A DNA stretch of 64,000 nt, taken from Gammaproteobacteria bacterium. GTDB taxonomy: Bacteria > Pseudomonadota > Gammaproteobacteria > SZUA-152. Position numbers and translations under genes: made by a program. The notes beneath the pieces are model-generated. The model saw only the letters and a program-made list of their open reading frames with translations, was not told the DNA's origin and ran no database searches. Shown one piece after another: positions 40,327-50,125 of the stretch; positions within the stretch are counted from its first letter, which is position 1; every line of letters starts with the position of its first letter. The stretch spans positions 17,828 to 81,827 of the forward strand of contig JAKIUN010000001.1 of assembly GCA_021647505.1 (NCBI GenBank), given 5' to 3'.

Positions 40327-40815
40327 ATGAAAGATGGGTTTGAGTTAAGGAATTCTTCTGGAAAGGGAGAAGGCATTTTCGCCACCAAATCATTTACGGT
40401 TGGTGACACAGTAATGATTGGCGTTATTAAAGAAGTGCTGAATGGGAATCATTCTCATGCTTCACAGGTGGGCGAAAATAAGTTTGTGCTTCACGATGGA
40501 TTAGTAACTAAGGTTAATCATTCCTGTGACCCAAATTGTGGTGTTAGAGAAAATGAAACTGGCGCACATAATTTTGTTGCAATAAAGGAGATTAGTGTTA
40601 ATGAAGAAATAACTTTTGATTATGCTATGCGAAACTATATTATCGACTACTTCCCGCAGAAGTGTATGTGTGGCTCTGAGGGATGTCGCGGTAGGATTAC
40701 AGGATGGAAAGATTTGCCAGATAAAAAGAAGAAAGCCTATGAAGGCTTTGAAGCTCCTTATCTGCTTGAGTTGGATGCTAAGAGTTCTTGCGCGAAAGTG
40801 GTAGGTTATACATAG
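40327..40815 (+). CDS. SET-domain protein (putative protein-lysine methyltransferase) with Cys-rich post-SET region
   Basis: Start MKDGFELRNSSGKGEGIFATKSF at ATG 40327; SET signature NHSCDPN, EITFDY, C-terminal CMCGSEGCRG. Confidence 0.75.
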   Translation: MKDGFELRNSSGKGEGIFATKSFTVGDTVMIGVIKEVLNGNHSHASQVGENKFVLHDGLVTKVNHSCDPNCGVRENETGAHNFVAIKEISVNEEITFDYAMRNYIIDYFPQKCMCGSEGCRGRITGWKDLPDKKKKAYEGFEAPYLLELDAKSSCAKVVGYT

Positions 40816-40895
40816 TGAAAAAACCTAACGAATAAAGTTTCGTGTTGAGTTAAGTTCAGAAATTTGTGGTCAGAATGGATGCTGTGAAATTAGTT

Positions 40896-41056
40896 GGGAC
40901 AATAGGGAACAGGCCACGACAATAGGCTAGAGTAGAGAGCAGGCACCGGCTACCTTAGGCGTCTGTAGATGCTACTTTCGTTATTCCAGCACCTACCTCA
41001 ACGGCCTTCCCCTTCTGTCCGCAGGGTCAGCTCCTCCAATTTGTTTGCGAGGCTAC
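40896..41056 (+). repeat. Repeat family B, copy 3 (no ORF follows; ends ...gaggctacatatagg)
   Basis: gggacaatagggaacaggccacgacaataggctagagtagagagcaggcaccggctacc...ttattccagcacctacctcaacggccttccccttctgtccgcagggtcagctcctccaatttgtttgcgaggctacat. Confidence 0.85.
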
Positions 41057-41300
41057 ATATAGGTTCACTTACTTGCCGGAAGAAAGCTCATGACCCTGTG
41101 TTACCACAGCGCCGCTTCCTCATACTACCGAGGCGTACGGACAATTCCTCGGACGGGACTTTAACCCGCTAGACTTACTGCTATTACTGCGAACGGACAG
41201 GCCACGGTTTTTAGAAAACCCAGGCTGTTAAATCGTGCTTTGTCCCCGATCGCCGGGTAGAACCATCTCCCAATATCGAGTTGTTTGATCTTTAGGCTGG

Positions 41301-41981
41301 TCATGGTGACGTTTTTAATTGCTCTTTGAGTTCGGCGACTTCCGCTTCCAGCCGACTGACCCTCTGTGCCAACTCGGACACACTGCCCCGCTCTGAAGTC
41401 GCGACGTCAATCGCAGACTGTGCTTGGCTTGCGTGTGCTTCAATGTCAATGGAACCGGAGAACATGTGCATGTACTCTGAGTCCTTGCGTCCGGGCGTGC
41501 GCGGGAGCTTCACTACCAACGGATTGCCTTCCCACTCGATCAGCCCGGCAAGGGTATCCACGACGGCAGAATTGTCGGTGAAGGCATGCAGGCGACCACT
41601 GCGCGATTTTAGCTCCCCAGGCGTTTGAGGGCCGCGCAGCAATAGCAAGCAGACAATAGCAAACTGAGATGGGTTAAACTGATATTCGCCAAAGTGTGTA
41701 CTGCAAAAGCGTTGTGTGAATTTCTCAACCCCACTCTTGAAATTCTCCTCAGCGCGTATGAGATGTTTGGCCTGCAAGTCGCGGGCGGTACGTTGGACTA
41801 TGCCTGGCTCCAGGGACATTAAAGGATCGCGGCTGGATTTCTGGTTGCAGGCGTTGGTAAGAGCATTAAGCGTCAATGGATATTGATCCGGCGTGACGAC
41901 AGATTTCTCCATCAGACAACCGATTACGCGGGCTTCGTTGGCGGAAAAATTCAACAGCACAGTTGGATCCTCATTAAACAT
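41301..41981 (-). CDS. yceH: YceH-family protein (DUF480/UPF0502)
   Basis: 226 aa; LNFSANEARVIGCLMEKSVVTPDQYPLTLNALTNACNQKSSRDPLMSL recalled as closely matching E. coli YceH. Confidence 0.8.
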   Translation of the reverse strand: MFNEDPTVLLNFSANEARVIGCLMEKSVVTPDQYPLTLNALTNACNQKSSRDPLMSLEPGIVQRTARDLQAKHLIRAEENFKSGVEKFTQRFCSTHFGEYQFNPSQFAIVCLLLLRGPQTPGELKSRSGRLHAFTDNSAVVDTLAGLIEWEGNPLVVKLPRTPGRKDSEYMHMFSGSIDIEAHASQAQSAIDVATSERGSVSELAQRVSRLEAEVAELKEQLKTSP

Positions 41982-41988
41982 ATTCCAA

Positions 41989-42258
41989 TTAACTCATAAC
42001 CCCTATGAATTTAGCCCCGCCATTTTTATTGCGGTTGCCATTTGGCCCGCGCCCTCCCGTATTTTGTCGTATAAGCCTAACCTTTTTAGCTATTAAGCCT
42101 TCCTTGGCAGGATGACACTCAAACTCGACGGTTGTTCCAGTCTTTAAATACTGGCAACGAACAAGGTCTGATTTACGAATCATTATGTCTGGACCAGAAC
42201 CATTATCGAGAAACCCATACTCTTTATCTTTGAGCCACTTTTTAACTACCGCTTGCAT
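41989..42258 (-). CDS. Cold-shock-domain protein with Gly/Arg/Asn-rich C-terminal tail
   Basis: 89 aa; KWLKDKEYGFLDNGSGPDIMIRKSDL; good SD ttgaggtgaaatATG. Confidence 0.6.
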   Translation of the reverse strand: MQAVVKKWLKDKEYGFLDNGSGPDIMIRKSDLVRCQYLKTGTTVEFECHPAKEGLIAKKVRLIRQNTGGRGPNGNRNKNGGAKFIGVMS

Positions 42259-42460
42259 ATTTCACCTCAATTTATAAACGCATATTCCACGTGGGCATGA
42301 AAAGCCTGCCCACCCTATCAGGTTTTTTGTGGGGAGCCATCAGAGTCTGAACTACTACGAATTATACGAATTCCTCTATTCGAAAGTGAGCAGGATTATT
42401 GGAAAAATGTTGGAAAAAGGTAAGACTTGGTGTGGTGGGCCTTTTGGTTTTTTTGGAGGA

Positions 42461-42649
42461 TTATGGGCATTGCAGGGCTTCGCCGAGGGTGGTGTCGGGG
42501 AGGATAATGACACCACGGCTGCAGTGCAGGGAACCGGGTTTGAGGCCGGCGCTGACCACCTTGAGGTCGGCGTGTACCAGTAGGTCGATGATGGTTACGG
42601 CCTCCAGTTCTTCACAGCCTTGGGCTAGGGGGACAAGAACGCGCGCCAT
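42461..42649 (-). pseudogene. DJ-1/PfpI (YajL/ThiJ-like) N-terminal fragment, truncated at the boundary of the low-GC insertion
   Basis: 62 aa MARVLVPLAQGCEELEAVTIIDLLVHADLKVVSAGL.. then stop, followed immediately by AT-rich DNA. Confidence 0.65.
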
Positions 42650-43449
42650 GTGCGGAACCTCTGCATGTGTTTATCGAGAAGCTGCGAGACGGGCAGGATG
42701 TCGATGCCTTTAGCGGCCAGTAGCGGTAGTTCTTGCTCCAGTACCTCAAGGGTCTCGGGATAGGGGTGGCCGATGGCCAGGGCGATGCCGTGTTCACGGG
42801 CTAGACGCACGGTGCGACGCAGTTCGGCGCGGATTTTTGCGGGGTCGCGGTCGCTGTCGAGGAACACGTCGCGGCGGATGTTGGGCACCCAGTTTTCATT
42901 GGCGGCCTGTATCGCCACGCTGGTCTTGGTGGTGTAACTATCGACGAAGTAGAGCGCGTCGTGCTCACCCAGTTCCTGCATCAGCCAGTGCATGTGGCCG
43001 GGGTGTTGGGTGAGCAGGCTGCCCATGTGGTTGTTGATGCCGGCGAGGTGGGGCACAGCGGCGATGTCGTCACGCAGTTGGTGCAGGAACTGTTGCCGGG
43101 TCATGTCCAGGGTCAGGCCGCCGGGGCCGAGACGCTTGCGCTCCAAGGCCTCCATGGGCAGGTGCATCATGACCTCCTTGTTGAGGCTGTTGGCGAGGTT
43201 GGCCAGTTCGCGGGCGTGGGGGGTGTGCGGCAGGAAGGCGTAGGTGATGGCCCAGGGCAGGCGGATGGCGCGCAGGTCGCGATCACGGAGGTTGCCGAGG
43301 TCATCGATGATGATACTGATGGCCGGTCGATCCGGTTTGGCGATAGAGGGGAGAGGGTCTGCCGTTGCTGGCTGCCCAAACAGCATCCCCGTCAGCAGCA
43401 GAGCTGACAGGGATAGTGTCTTTATCAGGTTGAGTGGACGGGTTTTCAT
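42625..43449 (-). CDS. yibQ: Divergent polysaccharide deacetylase family protein (YibQ-like)
   Basis: 274 aa, signal peptide, PAISIIIDDLG..; downstream of ctpA/envC/gpmI as in enterobacterial synteny. Confidence 0.75.
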   Translation of the reverse strand: MKTRPLNLIKTLSLSALLLTGMLFGQPATADPLPSIAKPDRPAISIIIDDLGNLRDRDLRAIRLPWAITYAFLPHTPHARELANLANSLNKEVMMHLPMEALERKRLGPGGLTLDMTRQQFLHQLRDDIAAVPHLAGINNHMGSLLTQHPGHMHWLMQELGEHDALYFVDSYTTKTSVAIQAANENWVPNIRRDVFLDSDRDPAKIRAELRRTVRLAREHGIALAIGHPYPETLEVLEQELPLLAAKGIDILPVSQLLDKHMQRFRTWRAFLSP

Positions 43450-43487
43450 TTCTCTGGGTTGATCGATCCGCGCCTCTTGACGGAGTG

Positions 43488-44819
43488 CTAGCGGCTTTGC
43501 AGGATCTGTATCCCTTTGAGGATGTTCAGGGCCTCGTAAAGTTGGTAGTCCGTCTGTGCCAGAGGCAGCTCGGGTGCCTTGTTGTCGGTCTTGGCGTCAG
43601 GTTTTTCCTTGTCCGTATTCTTGCCTTCACCATTTTCCAGATGGCCGGCGAGATCGGCCTCTTTCAGGCGGCTATCCTCGGCGTGCTCCAGGGTGGTGAT
43701 CTTGACCGGCTCGAGGACGATGTCCGGTTTGATACCCTCGGCCTGGATGGAGCGACCGGATGGTGTGTAATAACGGGCCGTAGTGAGTTTCAGGGCGGTG
43801 TTGTTGTTGAGCGGCAGGATGGTTTGTACCGAGCCCTTGCCGAAGGTAGGAGTACCGACGATGATGGCGCGCCTGTGATCCTGCAGGGCGCCGGCGACGA
43901 TCTCGGAGGCCGAGGCGGAACCGCCATTGACCAGCACTACCAGTGGCGCACCATCGAGCAGGGTGCGCGATGTGGCGTTGAATTTCAGCTCCGAATCGCG
44001 GATGCGGCCCTTGGTGTAGACGATCAGGCCGTTGTCGATGAAAGCATCGGTGACGTCCACTGCGGCATTCAGTACGCCGCCCGGATTGTTACGCAGATCT
44101 AGCACCACGCCCTTCAGTGAACCGCCGTTTTCTTCCTTCAGTTTGTCGATGGCATCGGCCAGGTTTGCACCCGTGTGTGACTGGAACTGGGAGATGCGGA
44201 GGTAGCCGAAGCCGTCTTCGAGACTGCGTTGGCGCACGCTCTTTACTTTGATGATGGCGCGGGTGATGGTGATTTTGAGGGGCCTTTCCTCGCCTTCGCG
44301 GATGATGGTGAGGATAATGTCGGTACCCACCTTGCCGCGCATGATTTTGACCGCGTCGCGCAGGGTCATGCCCTTGACGGGTTTTTCATTGAGACGAATA
44401 ACCAAATCACCGGCCTCCACGCCGGCACGCTGGGCCGGGGTGTCGTCGATGGGGGAGATGACCTTGACGAAGCCATCTTCCATGCCGACTTCGATGCCGA
44501 GCCCGCCAAATTCGCCGCTGGTGCCCACCTGCAGATCTTTGAAGCTGTCGGGGTCGAGATAGCTGGAATGGGGGTCGAGGCCGGAGAGCATGCCGCGGAT
44601 GGCGTTCTCCAGCAGTTCCTTGTCGCTGACGGGTTCCACATAGTCTTTTTTGATGCGAGCGAAGATCTCGGTGAAGGTGCGCAGCTCATCGAGTGGCAAC
44701 GATGCTGTGTCGTTCTGTTCCTTCTCTTTTTCGGCAAGCACACCCTGGCCAATGGCCAGCATGATGCCAAGAGTGAGGCCGATGATGAGCACCAACAGGG
44801 TGCGCGTGTTTGCTTTCAT
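43488..44819 (-). CDS. ctpA: Carboxy-terminal processing protease (S41 family)
   Basis: 443 aa; PDZ + S41 catalytic region (..GGSASASEIVAGALQD..TFGKGSVQT). Confidence 0.85.
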   Translation of the reverse strand: MKANTRTLLVLIIGLTLGIMLAIGQGVLAEKEKEQNDTASLPLDELRTFTEIFARIKKDYVEPVSDKELLENAIRGMLSGLDPHSSYLDPDSFKDLQVGTSGEFGGLGIEVGMEDGFVKVISPIDDTPAQRAGVEAGDLVIRLNEKPVKGMTLRDAVKIMRGKVGTDIILTIIREGEERPLKITITRAIIKVKSVRQRSLEDGFGYLRISQFQSHTGANLADAIDKLKEENGGSLKGVVLDLRNNPGGVLNAAVDVTDAFIDNGLIVYTKGRIRDSELKFNATSRTLLDGAPLVVLVNGGSASASEIVAGALQDHRRAIIVGTPTFGKGSVQTILPLNNNTALKLTTARYYTPSGRSIQAEGIKPDIVLEPVKITTLEHAEDSRLKEADLAGHLENGEGKNTDKEKPDAKTDNKAPELPLAQTDYQLYEALNILKGIQILQSR

Positions 44820-45016
44820 GTGTAACTCCGTGGAGGTGCCGCGATGGCTTGCGATTCAGTGGGCGCTTCTAAGGGTCGATTGTGGCCTTGCTCTGTGGGG
44901 CTTCACAATCGATCATACCGGCGTGCCTGAATACTTACAGCGCAAGATTCCGCCGATTATGCCGGACTCGCGGTGAACTTGCACACCCTACCCTCGCGAC
45001 CGGCTGGGATGCTTGC

Positions 45017-46219
45017 TCAGCGACTTGCTACTTTTTTCGGCTTGCCACGGCACCACTTTAGCGGGTTGATGGGTTTGCCGTTGTGACGGATCTCGAAATA
45101 CAGCGCGTATTTTTCGTTGCCACCGCTGTTGCCGACTGCGGCGATCGCCTCACCCGCCTCGACCCAGTCACCCACTTCCTTATACAAGCTCTGGTTACCG
45201 CCATAGAGACTCATATAACCGTCACCGTGATCAATGATGGTGAGCAGGCCAAAGCCGCGCAGCCAGTCGGAAAAGGCCACCTGGCCGTGGGAGATAGCGT
45301 GCACCCCGGTGCCCTCTCGGGTGCTGATGCGGACGCCCTGCCAGCGTAGCTTGCCAACCTTACGCCGGCTGCCGAAGCTTGCCGTGATGCGCCCCGCCGT
45401 GGGCCAGATCAGTTTGCCGCGCAGTTGACGGAAGGGCTTGCCCTCGCTCAATTCCATGGGAGCCTTCGGCGGACGCTCGGCGATGCGCTTGAGCACACGT
45501 TGCAGGCTTTTTTCATCTTCCAGCAGTTGTGACAGGCGCTGATCCTTACCCCGCATGTCCTTTTTTAGCTGGCTCAGCAGTTGTGAGCGCTCACTGCGGC
45601 CCTGTTCCATCTGTTGCCTCTCATTGACCCTTTCCGTGCGGTTTTGTTCGAGCTGATGGGTCTGCTGCTGAATTTTCTTTTCCAGCGTGGTGAGCTCTGT
45701 AAGGTGGGTATTGATGGTCTGCATCTCCTTCAGACGGGCACGATTGTAATAGTCGTAATAGGTGAGGATGCGTGCCACGGCGGCGGGATCTTGCTGACTG
45801 AGAAGGATCTTCAGGTATTCCTGTTGGCCGCTGGTATAGGCGGCGCGTAGCTGCCGGGCGAGGGCGAGGTGCTGCTGGCGAAGGTTACCGTGCAGGCCTT
45901 TCTGTTTTTTCTGCAGCGTCTTTAGTTCATGGTTCTGTCGATGGATTTGTTGGTCGAGTTCGCGCAGCAGGGCGGCGGTCTTGCCGATGCGTTTTTCCAT
46001 ATTGCGCAGACGGGATTGCAGGGATTGCCGGCGCTGGCGGTCGCTATCCAGCTCGCTGCGCAGGTCGTGGATTTGCTGGCGCAGTTGCTGCAGGCGATCG
46101 GCGTTGTCGGCCAGGCCGTCCATTGGCAGGGTGCCGAAAAAGAGGCTGAACAGAAAGAGTAGTGGCAGGGGCACGGCGTGGCGGACATCAGTCATGGAGT
46201 GCTGCGGATGGTACCGCAA
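45017..46219 (-). CDS. envC: Murein hydrolase activator EnvC-like (coiled-coil + LytM/M23 domain)
   Basis: 400 aa; long Q/R-rich coiled-coil, C-terminal M23 domain; true start may be MTDVRH.. (46195). Confidence 0.75.
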   Translation of the reverse strand: MRYHPQHSMTDVRHAVPLPLLFLFSLFFGTLPMDGLADNADRLQQLRQQIHDLRSELDSDRQRRQSLQSRLRNMEKRIGKTAALLRELDQQIHRQNHELKTLQKKQKGLHGNLRQQHLALARQLRAAYTSGQQEYLKILLSQQDPAAVARILTYYDYYNRARLKEMQTINTHLTELTTLEKKIQQQTHQLEQNRTERVNERQQMEQGRSERSQLLSQLKKDMRGKDQRLSQLLEDEKSLQRVLKRIAERPPKAPMELSEGKPFRQLRGKLIWPTAGRITASFGSRRKVGKLRWQGVRISTREGTGVHAISHGQVAFSDWLRGFGLLTIIDHGDGYMSLYGGNQSLYKEVGDWVEAGEAIAAVGNSGGNEKYALYFEIRHNGKPINPLKWCRGKPKKVASR

Positions 46220-46267
46220 GAGAGGCTGAGACGAGAAGCCTGCGGGGCTGGACGGCCCCGCAGTAGG

Positions 46268-47842
46268 TCAGTCTTCTTCGTTGCCGGCATTTTGCTCGGC
46301 ATCGAGCATCACCAGCGAGTGGCCGCCCATCTCCGGCGGGATTTCCAGGCCCATCAGATGTAGCAGGGTGGGTCCGACATCGCACAGGGAGCCATGCCCC
46401 TCGAGCCGTGCCGGGCGACCGAGGTAGATCAGCGGCACCGGGTTGCTGGTGTGGGCGGTGTGTGGCTGGCCGGTTTCTGCGTCGGCCATGCGTTCGGCGT
46501 TGCCGTGGTCGGCGGTGATCAATGCTTCACCGCCGACCTTCCGCAGGGCCTCGACGACCCGGCCCAGGCAGCTGTCCAGGGCCTCGATGGCCTCCACCGT
46601 CGCATCGAACTTACCGGTGTGGCCGACCATGTCGGGGTTGGCGTAGTTGCAGATGATGGTGTCGTACTTGCCGCTTTCGATGGCGGCGATCAGCTTGTCG
46701 GTGAGTTCGGGTGCACTCATCTCCGGTTGTTCGTCATAGGTGGCGACGTTCGGCGAGGGGACGAGGATACGGTCTTCGCCCTCGAAGGGCTCTTCACGGC
46801 CACCGTTGAAGAAGAAGGTGACGTGGGCGTATTTCTCCGTTTCGGCGATGCGCAGTTGGCGCAGACCCTGTTCGGCGATATATTCGCCGAAGACGTTTTT
46901 CAAGCGTTCAGGCGGGAAGGCCACGGGTACGTCGAAGTCGGCGCTGTATTCGGTGAGGCTGATAAAGGCGCCCAGCCTTGGTTTGGCGGAGCGTTCGAAA
47001 CAGTTAAAGTCCGTTTCGATGAAGGGGCGGGTGATCTGACGCGCGCGGTCGGAACGGTAGTTCATGAATACCATCACATCACCATCCTCAATGGTGACGG
47101 GGCTTTCGCCTGCGGGCACGATGGCCGTGGCGAGAACGAATTCATCGTTTTCACCACGCGCATAGGCGGCCTGTAAGGCGCTCAGTGCATCCTGGGCCTG
47201 GTGCTCGGACTGACCCTGGGTGATGAGATCGTAGGCCGCCTGAATGCGTGGCCAGCGATGGTCGCGATCCATGGCGTAATAACGCCCGATGATGGAGGCG
47301 AAGCGACCGCTGCCCAGTTCCTCGAACACTTTCTGCATGTTGGTGAGGTAGGTTTCGGCGCTCTTCGGTGGTGTGTCCCGGCCGTCAAGAAAGGCGTGCA
47401 GGTAGACGCGTTTCGCGCCGCGCTCCACCGCCAGGCGGATCATGGCCTGGATGTGTTCTTCGTGGCTGTGTACACCACCGTCCGACAACAGGCCGAGGAT
47501 GTGCAGGGCCTTGTCAGTCTCGATGGCCTGGTCGACGGCATTGGTCAGGGTCAGATTGGTGAAGAATGAACCGGTGCGGATGGCGCGGCTGACGCGGGTG
47601 AATTCCTGATACACCACACGCCCGGCGCCGAGATTCAGGTGGCCGACCTCGGAATTACCCATCTGCCCGCTGGGCAGGCCGACTTCCGCCCCGGAGCCCT
47701 TGATGAGGATGTGTGGATGCTGTGCCCAGAGCTTGTCCCACTGCGGTTTGCGTGCGCTGTAGATGGCGTTGGCTTCAGGGTCTTCGCTATAGCCCCAGCC
47801 GTCGAGAATGATCGCGATAATCGGGGAGGGAGGTGTAGGCAT
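46268..47842 (-). CDS. gpmI: 2,3-bisphosphoglycerate-independent phosphoglycerate mutase
   Basis: 524 aa; [34 protein letters not shown]. Confidence 0.9.
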   Translation of the reverse strand: MPTPPSPIIAIILDGWGYSEDPEANAIYSARKPQWDKLWAQHPHILIKGSGAEVGLPSGQMGNSEVGHLNLGAGRVVYQEFTRVSRAIRTGSFFTNLTLTNAVDQAIETDKALHILGLLSDGGVHSHEEHIQAMIRLAVERGAKRVYLHAFLDGRDTPPKSAETYLTNMQKVFEELGSGRFASIIGRYYAMDRDHRWPRIQAAYDLITQGQSEHQAQDALSALQAAYARGENDEFVLATAIVPAGESPVTIEDGDVMVFMNYRSDRARQITRPFIETDFNCFERSAKPRLGAFISLTEYSADFDVPVAFPPERLKNVFGEYIAEQGLRQLRIAETEKYAHVTFFFNGGREEPFEGEDRILVPSPNVATYDEQPEMSAPELTDKLIAAIESGKYDTIICNYANPDMVGHTGKFDATVEAIEALDSCLGRVVEALRKVGGEALITADHGNAERMADAETGQPHTAHTSNPVPLIYLGRPARLEGHGSLCDVGPTLLHLMGLEIPPEMGGHSLVMLDAEQNAGNEED

Positions 47843-48413
47843 GGATTCGTATCATCTTCTTTAGCTTGCGCGCGGCTCGCGCAGGAGCGCGGAATTTTAA
47901 ACGATTTCCGCCGTGCCTGGAAAGCATGAAGAGTGATCCTGCGGGTGGATCAGATGATAAAAAACCTTTTGATTCTTCGCCCAAATGTTTTATGAGGCTC
48001 TGCGCAACCTTTCTTGCTTATTGATTTTAAACGAAATATTCTCTTGGTGGCCTGTCGTTTTCGAGAGCGCCTGTCTCGCGAGCGGGGCGAATGTATGGGT
48101 GTAGTACAAGGCTTCTGTATCTTGTTCACGCCCCTCACCTATGCCCGTGTAGGCGATATCTTGATTCGTAGGGCGAATGAAAACTTTGAGCGTAACCCTT
48201 TGCCTTGCGCGATTTTTATGCAAATGTATGAAATAGTCGGATTAGTGTTTCGGATTATTCTGAATTAACATAGTCATATATTACTGTATTTTACTTTGGT
48301 AATATTTCTGCGGGGCGGTGTATGTCCGCTAGCGTTAGTAATTCGGGCATCCTTGTGCTTCGTCAATATCGCCGTGACGGAGACGAGTGACGGCCAAATC
48401 AGGGTGTTGTGCT

Positions 48414-48725
48414 ATGAGTGACTCGGAACATTTAATTACTCGCGATGAAGATATAGAGCGCGCCTCGCGTTCTATCAAGGCCATGTCGCATCCCTTGCGG
48501 CTGAAGATTCTCTGTGCCCTGGGCGGCAAGGAGGTTAGTGTGCAGGACATCGTCGGCATGGTGGGCACCTCGCAGAGCAATATATCCCAACATCTGGCCA
48601 TTCTGCGCGACAAGGGTATTCTGGTGTCGCGCAAGGACGCCAACCGTGTCTATTACCGTATCGGTGATGCGCGAACCCTGCGCCTCATCAGTATGATGCG
48701 CGAGGTTTTTTGTTCCGCCGATTAG
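48414..48725 (+). CDS. ArsR/SmtB-family transcriptional regulator
   Basis: Start MSDSEHLI at ATG 48414; HTH ..VSVQDIVGMVGTSQSNISQHLAILRDKGILVSRKDANRVYY. Confidence 0.8.
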   Translation: MSDSEHLITRDEDIERASRSIKAMSHPLRLKILCALGGKEVSVQDIVGMVGTSQSNISQHLAILRDKGILVSRKDANRVYYRIGDARTLRLISMMREVFCSAD

Positions 48726-48728
48726 GAT

Positions 48729-48984
48729 CTGTTGACGCTCTATTTTCATCACTGTTGCGTCTGAAAAAGCGCCAATCAAGGCGCGAGGAGAGAAGTTTGG
48801 TGACTGCAAATAAACGACGAGCAACGCCGAGTGGCGCTTTTTCAGACGCAACCCGCAGGGCTGGGCCGCTTTTTCCGCCCTGCGGCGTTGTCAGTCGCTT
48901 GTGTAGAACAACTACACAGCACTCCTTCCGCCTTGCAGGACAAAAAAAGCGGCTCCAGCAGTGGGGAAAATAGAGCGTCAACAG
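48729..48984. repeat. Densely nested palindromic element (~255 bp): outer 19-bp perfect IR ctgttgacgctctattttc/gaaaatagagcgtcaacag; inner 20-bp perfect IR gttgcgtctgaaaaagcgcc/ggcgctttttcagacgcaac; further hairpins ccgcagggc..gccctgcgg and tgtgtag..ctacaca
   Basis: All arms verified as exact reverse complements; lies between arsR and the rhodanese-grx gene; the overlapping 87-aa ORFs on both strands are mirror artefacts of the palindrome. Confidence 0.8.
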
Positions 48985-49122
48985 ACCCTAATGCCAACTG
49001 GCCCCTGGTACTTCGGCAAGGCAACAACTCTTTAACCCGCGATACCACGCTGATGGCTTGAGTTTCCCGCCTTTCCGCTATATCGTCCGCCCACTTTCCA
49101 CTCAAACGATCCCAAAAAAACT

Positions 49123-50010
49123 ATGCAGCAACTCAGCGCGTTCTTTGTCACCAACTGGCCCCTGCTTCTGGCCCTGATCATCATTCTTTTTATGCTGGTT
49201 CGTTCCTACGTCGGTCCCGGCGCTTCCAAGCCCGTGAGTCCCATGGAACTCCTGCAGCTGATCAATCACCAGAATGCCCTGGTGCTGGATGTGCGTACGG
49301 ACAAGGAACACCGGGACGGTCATATCATCAACTCCATGCATATTCCAGTGAGCAGACTCACCGACCAGTTGTCGCAGCTGGCGGCGTACAAGCACTCCTC
49401 CGTCGTGGTCGTATGCCGCAATGGCGCCCGTTCCGCACAGGCCGCAGGTACCCTGAGAAAGGCGGGCTTTGAGCAGGTGCACAACCTCGCCGGTGGCATC
49501 ACGGCCTGGCAGAACGCCAACATGCCGCTGACTACGGAGAAAGGGAAGCCACCGAAGCCGGCTGTTGACGCAGATGAACCTACGGACAAGACAGAGGAAA
49601 AGAAGACGGTCAAGAAAGAGGCCAAGGCCAAGAAAAAGGCCAGGGAGAGAAAAGAGAGAGAAGAAACCAAGGCCATTGGTCAGGATGCGCCGGCCGATGA
49701 ACAGACGCCGCCGGAAGAGACAGAACAGACGGAAGAAACCACCCACAGTCCGGAGATCACCATTTACACTGCGGCGCACTGTCCTTTCTGCGTACGCGCC
49801 ATCCAGCTCTTGAAAGATAAGGGCGTCGCCTACATTGAAATAGACGTGGGTGGCGAGCCCGAGCTACGCGAGGAAATGACGCAGAAAGCCGGCGCGGATT
49901 CTGTGCCGCAGATCTTTGTCGATGGCAAGCACATCGGCGACTGCGAGGGTATCCATGCCCTGGATGCACAGGGCAAGCTGGATGAGTTATTGGGTAATGG
50001 TCAATCGTGA
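49123..50010 (+). CDS. Fusion protein: N-terminal TM + rhodanese domain (YibN-like), K/E-rich charged linker, C-terminal glutaredoxin (GrxC-like)
   Basis: 295 aa single frame; rhodanese catalytic loop VVVVCRNGARSAQAAG; linker KTEEKKTVKKEAKAKKKARERKEREE; Grx ITIYTAAHCPFCVRAIQLL. Confidence 0.75.
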   Translation: MQQLSAFFVTNWPLLLALIIILFMLVRSYVGPGASKPVSPMELLQLINHQNALVLDVRTDKEHRDGHIINSMHIPVSRLTDQLSQLAAYKHSSVVVVCRNGARSAQAAGTLRKAGFEQVHNLAGGITAWQNANMPLTTEKGKPPKPAVDADEPTDKTEEKKTVKKEAKAKKKARERKEREETKAIGQDAPADEQTPPEETEQTEETTHSPEITIYTAAHCPFCVRAIQLLKDKGVAYIEIDVGGEPELREEMTQKAGADSVPQIFVDGKHIGDCEGIHALDAQGKLDELLGNGQS

Positions 50011-50125
50011 GCAACGCGATCACGGTAGACGCTTGTGGCCCAGATGGCGGTGGTTATTGCACTGGAGCTGGACAGAGGTGACGGCAGGCTCTATGTAATT
50101 TTATTCGCAACCTCGGAGGAAATCT

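Noticed and set aside
36690-41056. Integron attC sites or CRISPR array as the explanation for repeats A and B
   Set aside because: The repeats are 130-160 bp and not short regularly spaced direct repeats with unique spacers. There are no cas or intI genes. The boundaries do not show the RYYYAAC...GTTRRRY attC core sites (gttattc fails the consensus).
48710-49105. Three ~80-aa ORFs (48710..48973 +, 48831..49061 +, 48842..49105 -) sharing SVDALFS..LL peptides
   Set aside because: They are mirror translations of the nested palindromic element; the shared peptide is a consequence of the inverted repeats, not paralogy.
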